Shown here: in pieces, positions 57,663 through 64,000 of the stretch | Layout: every line of letters starts with the position of its first letter | Position numbering within the stretch: position 1 is the stretch's first letter | Virus record (IMG/VR): IMGVR_UViG_3300025325_000017 | DNA length: 64,000 nucleotides | From: an uncultured virus (IMG/VR IMGVR_UViG_3300025325_000017) | Lineage: Duplodnaviria > Heunggongvirae > Uroviricota > Caudoviricetes | Direction: 5' to 3' (one strand) | Notes under the pieces: model-generated | The model's input: only the letters and a program-made list of their open reading frames with translations | The model's database searches: none | Told to the model about the DNA's origin: nothing | Position numbers and translations under genes: made by a program

Positions 57663-59068
57663 TGCCCATTGTCCCGCTTTTTAGAGCCAATCAAGAAGGA
57701 AAATCCGTTGTCTCCACGGCTCAGCGACATCTTAATTTATATGCCGAGATAGACCCGGATGCGGAAAAATCCAGATTGATTTTTCATGGTACTCCTGGAT
57801 TGATTTTGAGGGCCGGGAGTTCGTTGGGGAATACGCCGATTCGAGGTTGGATTGCCGCCGGTGATTTATATTACCTTGTTCATCAAGGTACGTTTTACGA
57901 AGTCAATAATGCCGGAGCGAAAACATCAAGAGGCACTGTTAGCACCACTACCGGACGAGTGGACTTGGCTTATAACGGTTCGGTTATTTTATTGACTACC
58001 GGAACCAATGGATACACATATACCGTCGCTACCACGACGTTCGCGCAAATCGTGGCGGCGGGATTCCCGCAAATCGCAAAAACCTGTGCTTGGCTGGATG
58101 GGCAATTTATCGCCGATGACGGAGAATCTGATGAATTTTTCATCTCGGCGGATGGAGCGACTTGGAATGCGCTGGCTTTTGCCACCGCTGAATCAAATCC
58201 GGACGGAATAGTCCGGATCATTTCCGACAATGGTGAAATTCCTCTCTTTGGAAAAAGCACGACGGAATTTTGGGCGAATGTCGGCGCGTCTGATTTCCCA
58301 TTTCAACCCATTAAGGGGGCAACGCAGGAATTCGGACTGGTCGCCAGATGGTCGCTTGCAAAATTCAATTCCGGTCTAATTGCCTTGATGAAATCCAAGC
58401 AAGGACAAGCGCATGTCATGTTTTTTCAAGGATATGCTCCCAAGGTTGTTTCGACTCAGGAATTGGATTTTATAATAAATAATTATTCCGATGTCGCCGC
58501 CGCTACTGGGTATTCTTACATGCTGAACGGTCATCCGATGTACCAGCTCAATTTCCCGACCTCCGAAAAATCCTGGCTCTATGATGCATCCACCGGAATG
58601 TGGAGTGCATTGGAATATGGGCTTTCGGGAGACAGGCACCGTGGGGAAATGTGTTTGGATTATTTGAATAAATCCCTGATCGCGGATTATGCCACGGGCG
58701 ATATATATGAACTTAGTCCAGGTACATATACGGATAATGGCGTCGCCATCGCGCGGGAGATCATTGGGCGGCATATTTTTAAGAACGGCGATCCCATGAT
58801 CATAAATGAATTGTTTGTTGACATGGAAACCGGCGTGGGATTGGCGGCTGGACAGGGCGTGAACCCCCAAGCCATGCTTCAAATAAGCCGCGATAACGGC
58901 CATACGTGGGGGAATGAACTTTGGACCTCCATCGGTGCTATTGGGAAATATCTAACCAGGGTCGTATGGAGACGGCTGGGACTTGGAAGTGATTGGTTGT
59001 TCAAGATACGGATAACCGATCCGATCAAGGTGGTAATTACATACGCGGCGATGAAGGTATCCGGATGA
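57662..59068 (+). CDS. DNA stabilization / tail hub protein (P22 gp10-like)
   Basis: TPGL, FATAESNPD, SRDNGHTW, W.RLG. Confidence 0.85.
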   Translation: MPIVPLFRANQEGKSVVSTAQRHLNLYAEIDPDAEKSRLIFHGTPGLILRAGSSLGNTPIRGWIAAGDLYYLVHQGTFYEVNNAGAKTSRGTVSTTTGRVDLAYNGSVILLTTGTNGYTYTVATTTFAQIVAAGFPQIAKTCAWLDGQFIADDGESDEFFISADGATWNALAFATAESNPDGIVRIISDNGEIPLFGKSTTEFWANVGASDFPFQPIKGATQEFGLVARWSLAKFNSGLIALMKSKQGQAHVMFFQGYAPKVVSTQELDFIINNYSDVAAATGYSYMLNGHPMYQLNFPTSEKSWLYDASTGMWSALEYGLSGDRHRGEMCLDYLNKSLIADYATGDIYELSPGTYTDNGVAIAREIIGRHIFKNGDPMIINELFVDMETGVGLAAGQGVNPQAMLQISRDNGHTWGNELWTSIGAIGKYLTRVVWRRLGLGSDWLFKIRITDPIKVVITYAAMKVSG

Positions 59069-59439
59069 CCATCAATGCCCCCCCCCTTGCGAGTCAGATT
59101 TCGACGAGGAAAGAAACGGTGATATGGCCGAGGCCCTGGGGGAATTGGATGACACAGGTATTTTTGGCCCTGTTTGGGTGGACCAGGACTTATACCGGCG
59201 TCCTGACTTATGATTTTGGGTCAATAGCGGCACAATCCCAGGCGACCACCACGGCGACGATCACTGGCGTAAGATCGGGAGACGCTTTGATCGTAAGACC
59301 GGCCACGGCGGTAAACGGGGTCATTCTGGATGGATCCGTGACGGCTGATGATGTCGTGACGATTAGGGCGGTGAACTATAGTATCGGCGCGGTTGACCCT
59401 GGATCGCAAAATTATCGAATCATCGTTTTTCAACAATGA
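59065..59439 (+). CDS. Tail-associated protein
   Basis: ATGA coupling; synteny. Confidence 0.5.
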   Translation: MTINAPPLASQISTRKETVIWPRPWGNWMTQVFLALFGWTRTYTGVLTYDFGSIAAQSQATTTATITGVRSGDALIVRPATAVNGVILDGSVTADDVVTIRAVNYSIGAVDPGSQNYRIIVFQQ

Positions 59440-59526
59440 GGGGCTATGGTTGAATTCATGTTGCTCGCCGCCCCGCGTTCCGGCACGACTTGGTATAATA
59501 ATGGCTTACTTTCTAAGGAGTGCGCC

Positions 59527-60048
59527 ATGAAAGATTACCAATGCAGCGTTTATGGATGCGAAAAGAACTCATCAAGATTAAAAATGTGCGATATGCATTA
59601 CCGCAGGCTTAAACGACACGGGAATCCCGATATTGTTTTACAAGCTAAGGGGCTTTCTCTAAAGCAACGTTTTTATAATTCAGTAATAGTAAAAGATGGG
59701 TGTTGGGATTGGTCTAAAAAAATTAATAGCAATGGCTATGCAGCACTTTTTTTCGATGGGAAATGGATGACAGGAAACAGAGCTTCTTGGATATTACACA
59801 TAAGTAGTATTTTGCCTGGGATGCATGTTTTACATAAATGCGACAATAGAAAATGCACTAATCCTGATCATCTTTTTTTGGGATCAAATAGTGAGAATGT
59901 TGCCGATAAGGTAAGCAAGGGAAGGCAATATAGAAAATATGCCAGTATGTGCTCCATAAATGGATGTGAAAATTCATCTAGAAAACTAGGTCTTTGCGTT
60001 TCTCATTACAATAAGCAATATCACGAAAATGTTAAAAAACATGATTGA
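59527..60048 (+). CDS. Free-standing HNH homing endonuclease
   Basis: CWDW, VLHKCDNRKCTNPDHL..G...N; AT-rich; own SD. Confidence 0.9.
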   Translation: MKDYQCSVYGCEKNSSRLKMCDMHYRRLKRHGNPDIVLQAKGLSLKQRFYNSVIVKDGCWDWSKKINSNGYAALFFDGKWMTGNRASWILHISSILPGMHVLHKCDNRKCTNPDHLFLGSNSENVADKVSKGRQYRKYASMCSINGCENSSRKLGLCVSHYNKQYHENVKKHD

Positions 60049-60550
60049 ATTTATGGTATTGAGTGCGCCGAGATGCGGCAGTACATGGTGTGCTAACTGG
60101 TTGACTACGGACACAACCCTGTGTCTACACGACCCGTTGTTCACCAGACACTATACGGAATTGGATGAAATCCAGACAGAAAAACACCTTGGAATTTCTT
60201 GCACCGGGTTGGCTTTATTTCCGGAATGGGTGAATAAACATCCGGCGCGAAAAATCGTGCTGCATCGTGATATAAACGAAATCAACGAATCTCTCTCTGA
60301 TCTGGGGTTCCCCGAAGTGGACATTGATTTTATCTTGAAACTGGAATCCATCGAAGCCATTCATCTACCATGGACTGATTTATTTGATCGTCCTGATTTC
60401 ATCCACGAAACACTTTTACAATTGCCATTCGATGCTGAACGGCATGCCCTGTTGAAGGAAATTGAAATGCAACCGAAATTCGACAAACTTACCGTGAATC
60501 ACGATGTAACGCGGCGATTCTTGAATAAGATCGCAACAGGAGGATGCTGA
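60041..60550 (+). CDS. Sulfotransferase-fold (P-loop) protein
   Basis: APRCGSTW resembles the 5'-PAPS-binding loop; LHDP. Confidence 0.55.
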   Translation: MIEFMVLSAPRCGSTWCANWLTTDTTLCLHDPLFTRHYTELDEIQTEKHLGISCTGLALFPEWVNKHPARKIVLHRDINEINESLSDLGFPEVDIDFILKLESIEAIHLPWTDLFDRPDFIHETLLQLPFDAERHALLKEIEMQPKFDKLTVNHDVTRRFLNKIATGGC

Positions 60551-60551
60551 T

Positions 60552-61532
60552 ATGCCTTGGGGTTCATTGGTAGGAACAATCGTCGGCGGGATGATCGCGG
60601 GCGACGCCGCCGATGATGCTTCGTCGGCGATGACGGGCGCTTCCAAGGAAGCCATCGAGGAACAAAGACGACAATACGACCAGACACAAGCGAATCTCGC
60701 CCCATGGTTGACTTCCGGACGGGCGGGCCTTACGCGAATGTCTCAACTTCTCGGTCTTCCTGGATTTTCCGCCAAGGATCAGGCTTTGACCGCCTTGGGT
60801 GGGGAGCCATCACGGGAATCGTTTACCAGCGCGGGAGGAGGAATTTCCCCCGAACATTGGAATATTTTGGATCAAGCGGCAAAGGAAGAATATAACCGGC
60901 AGCACGGTCGCTTTATAATGAATTATGCCGCCCCAGATTATGAAAGAAAATTTGACCAAGCTGGATACGACGCGGCACTGAAGGACTGGAATTATAAAAG
61001 GACCGCTGCTGAGAGCCTTAAAGATGAAGCCGATTTCGGCGCACTGAACAAGAAATTCACCCTGGCGGATTTTTGGGATGATCCGATAACCAAGTCGTCT
61101 TATCAATCGGGATTGGACTTGGGAACCGAAGCCATTGATCGTATGACCGGAGCCAGGGGCACGCGAAAATCCGGCGCGACGCTGAAAGAACTGTCACGAT
61201 TCGGAACCGACTATACCGGACAGAAAGCCGGGGAATCCTATAATAGATTCTACGGCGATCAAGAAAGGACTTTGAATCGCTTGGCCGGCATCTCCGGCAC
61301 TGGGCAGACAACCGGGCAATATCTTGGCGATACGGGCGGTCGTACCAGCGCAAACATCGGTAATCTTTTGACTAATGCCGGTTCTGTCAGGGGCGCGGCG
61401 GCGATCCGACAAGGAAATATCTACGGCGGGATGGCGCAGAATATAGGAGATTGGTACACCCAAAAATCTTATAACGATGATGGTTCCCTCGATAGAAGCC
61501 AATCTTCAGCGACATCAACTTGGTATCCATAG
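60552..61532 (+). CDS. Ejection/DNA transfer protein (P22 gp7-like)
   Basis: Gly/Ala N-terminus; LAPWL.SG; SGATLKEL. Confidence 0.7.
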   Translation: MPWGSLVGTIVGGMIAGDAADDASSAMTGASKEAIEEQRRQYDQTQANLAPWLTSGRAGLTRMSQLLGLPGFSAKDQALTALGGEPSRESFTSAGGGISPEHWNILDQAAKEEYNRQHGRFIMNYAAPDYERKFDQAGYDAALKDWNYKRTAAESLKDEADFGALNKKFTLADFWDDPITKSSYQSGLDLGTEAIDRMTGARGTRKSGATLKELSRFGTDYTGQKAGESYNRFYGDQERTLNRLAGISGTGQTTGQYLGDTGGRTSANIGNLLTNAGSVRGAAAIRQGNIYGGMAQNIGDWYTQKSYNDDGSLDRSQSSATSTWYP

Positions 61533-61541
61533 GAACTAGCC

Positions 61542-62525
61542 ATGCCACTTGATCCATCAATTTTTAATCAACTCGAAATGCCTCGGGCTCCATTGAACCC
61601 GATGGACCTGGAAAGAGACAGGCTGGCAAATACCGCCTTGCAACAGAAGTCGGTCGCCGGCTCACTTGCCCTTCATAGGGAGGCGCTTGTCAACGTAACT
61701 GATCCGACCCAAGCCGCCAAATGGATAAGGGACGGGTTCAATGATCGCAATCTAAGTCCTATTCTGCAAAAAGCCGGCTCCCCGGAAGAAATAATTTCAC
61801 GAATCCCTCAAGACCCGAAAGGATTCGCCGACTGGATAAAACGAAATGCCCTTGGGCTGGAAAAGTATTATGAATTGACAATGAAGCCTCAGAAATCTGG
61901 GTCATCTCCCATGCAACAAAGAAAATTCGATAAACAAATTTCTGATGATTTTAAATCAACGGGACAAGCGATGCAGACAATGGCGGAAATAACCAACGCC
62001 ATAAAGACAGTCCGTGCATCCAAAGGATTATCGGCGAGAGAAGGTTATACCGGATATATTCCCTCCCTCCTTCAGGGCCCGGAAGCCATGAGCGCCCAAA
62101 ATCGCATCGAAACACTCAAGGGGAAAGTTACCCAAATGGGGAAAGCCATGGCCACGATGTCCGGCGCAATAGGACCAATGGCGGTCCAAGAATGGAAAAT
62201 CGTCGCTGATGCCATAAATGCAATAGACCCAACAGCGGGAAATTTGGAAGAACAACTTTCAAATATAGAAGCACAAGCGATGGGCGCGTCGGAAAGAATA
62301 AAAGATTCGTATGACAGAACTTATGAAAATAAGTTCGAGAATTATCCGCAGTTTGAAACTGGGAATATAAGAATATATCCATCAACAACATCCCCTCGAT
62401 CAAAACCAACGAATGTCCCCCTATCTCCAGCGCCAACGTCCCCGCCGCCTCAATCGCCTTCGCCGCCTCGTTACAGCAGAGAGCAAATCGAGGCTGAATT
62501 ACGTCGCAGAAAGGTCATAAAATGA
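61542..62525 (+). CDS. Ejection protein
   Basis: MPLDPSI start; synteny. Confidence 0.55.
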   Translation: MPLDPSIFNQLEMPRAPLNPMDLERDRLANTALQQKSVAGSLALHREALVNVTDPTQAAKWIRDGFNDRNLSPILQKAGSPEEIISRIPQDPKGFADWIKRNALGLEKYYELTMKPQKSGSSPMQQRKFDKQISDDFKSTGQAMQTMAEITNAIKTVRASKGLSAREGYTGYIPSLLQGPEAMSAQNRIETLKGKVTQMGKAMATMSGAIGPMAVQEWKIVADAINAIDPTAGNLEEQLSNIEAQAMGASERIKDSYDRTYENKFENYPQFETGNIRIYPSTTSPRSKPTNVPLSPAPTSPPPQSPSPPRYSREQIEAELRRRKVIK

Positions 62526-64000
62526 CCGACCTATCTTCCATGTCCACCAAGGACTTGATGAAGATGCGCGAGGAAGCATCGCTGACAGAGCTATCTTCCA
62601 TGTCCACCGAGGACTTGATGAAGATGCGTCCCCAGATAACGTCATCTCAAGTCATGTCCCTTTTTAAGGGGGGGAAGCCGGTTGACGATTATCCTGTTCT
62701 GGCTTCCCCCATCGCTCGCGCGGGGTTGGGGGCTTATCAAGCCTTTATGGCCCCCATCCAACTGGGGGCGAATGTAGGTGAAAAACTGGCTGATATATCC
62801 GGAGCTACCGATTTAAGTCGGCTGGTTAAAAAGAAGCTGGGCATACATACCGGCGGGAAGCCTCTTCTGAGCGCGGGGGGGCTTAATCAAACTTTAGGTG
62901 GATTGGAGGCCGCAAAACGCCAAGCCATGGCGGCAAGATCGGGAAGGCCGGTGGGAGAGGAATGGGATATAGCCGGGCTTCTTGGTTCTTTGTATCCTGG
63001 AACGATGGCCTATAAAAGCATAGCCGGAGCTTTGCCTAAGGTCATTTCAGAACAAGCCCCTTCCCTGACAGGTCGCACTGTCGGGAGGATGCTTACGGGC
63101 GGCGGCACGGCGGCGCTTACTATCCCAGTAACTTCAGGTGGCGAGGATTTCTTTAATGAGAAAGGAATTCAGACCGGGATCGGCGCGGCTGTCCCCGTGG
63201 CGGCGTCTACACTAATTTCACTTCTCAAGGGGACGGGAAAGATCGGCGGTAAGATTTATTCGACTTTGAGAGACGCCGCGCGTCTTCATACTAAGACAGG
63301 TCCGCAAAAAATAGCCGAAGCTCATTTCCAATCCATCGCCAAGGAAGGCGGAGAAGAAGCCACGGGAAAGACGGTTAAATCACTGTTACAAGCAGAGAAG
63401 ATATTAAATAAACCGACTTCTGCCGAGGCGATAGCGGCGGGGAATATCGGCAAGGGCGAAAGATTCGGTGGACCGGTGGTGCGTTTGCAGGAAGAACTTG
63501 CAAGCCTGCCGGAGACAACCACCAAACTTCGTAGTATCGAGGCTGCACAAGAACAAATCCGAAAAGGTGCTATTGAGAATATCGCCAAGGGCACATCGGC
63601 GGAATCGGCGCTGCTAGAGCGCACAATTGCGGCGGCGAAGAATTACGACAAGGCGTTTTATAGAACTATAGATGGAAAGAAAATTCCTCATACGGCAACT
63701 CCAGACCGAGAATTGCAAACAATTTTCGATAAATTTGGAAACGATACGCCTAAAATTCTTGGTCGCGCCAAGGATTTGGCTGTCAAAGACGGCAAACAAT
63801 TCAAAATTGGCGCGAAATATCCTATTGAATCTCTCCATTTTACAAAAATGGCGCTCGATGACGTGATAAAAAATCCAGAACAATTCGGCATCGGCGCTTC
63901 CGAGGCCAGAGCCTTGGCAAGAACGCAAGGGGAACTTGTAAAATGGATTGGAGCCAAATCCAAGGCTTATGATTTTGCCCGGCAGGAACACAAGCGGCTT
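62522..64000 (+). CDS. Large ejection protein, partial (runs off the window)
   Basis: ATGA-coupled start MTDLSSMSTKDLMKMR; Ala/Gly-rich; full frame continuity not checked codon by codon. Confidence 0.6.
   Translation, partial: MTDLSSMSTKDLMKMREEASLTELSSMSTEDLMKMRPQITSSQVMSLFKGGKPVDDYPVLASPIARAGLGAYQAFMAPIQLGANVGEKLADISGATDLSRLVKKKLGIHTGGKPLLSAGGLNQTLGGLEAAKRQAMAARSGRPVGEEWDIAGLLGSLYPGTMAYKSIAGALPKVISEQAPSLTGRTVGRMLTGGGTAALTIPVTSGGEDFFNEKGIQTGIGAAVPVAASTLISLLKGTGKIGGKIYSTLRDAARLHTKTGPQKIAEAHFQSIAKEGGEEATGKTVKSLLQAEKILNKPTSAEAIAAGNIGKGERFGGPVVRLQEELASLPETTTKLRSIEAAQEQIRKGAIENIAKGTSAESALLERTIAAAKNYDKAFYRTIDGKKIPHTATPDRELQTIFDKFGNDTPKILGRAKDLAVKDGKQFKIGAKYPIESLHFTKMALDDVIKNPEQFGIGASEARALARTQGELVKWIGAKSKAYDFARQEHKRL

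Noticed and set aside
59446..59526. N-terminal extension of the HNH protein as given in the ORF track
   Set aside because: It is the remnant start of the target gene; the HNH has its own SD and ATG at 59527

Overview
The window is entirely tailed-phage DNA, with no host housekeeping genes, tRNAs, integrase or CI repressor recognised. Layout: (1) the 3' end of a Q-like antiterminator and small antisense genes (1-2.4 kb); (2) late module A (2.8-27.8 kb) with a glycan-synthesis cluster (gmd, colD-like, glycosyltransferases), terminase, portal, N4-gp56-like capsid, podovirus-type tail/ejection genes and lysis genes; (3) an early/replication region (27.8-41.9 kb); (4) a diverged second copy of the Q/small-gene block; (5) a different late module B (44.5-64 kb) with an intein-containing terminase and P22-like portal/coat/tail genes. 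The most striking signal is an integrase-less, integron-like cassette system in the early region. It has three near-identical attI-like sites and five complete plus two broken attC-like hairpins. Seven cassettes have R'' boxes that complement their own 5' ends. Their genes run antisense to the attC, and the long attC loops hold coupled stop/start codons in a fixed frame. Also present: an IS1595 element carrying a KpnI-like R-M system, a second IS1595 with both filled and empty sites in the window, a class 3 mini-intein, an HNH insertion that duplicated and recoded its target's 5' end, and a second repeat-bounded array of exchangeable small genes. All protein calls come from motif recognition and synteny; no database searches were run.
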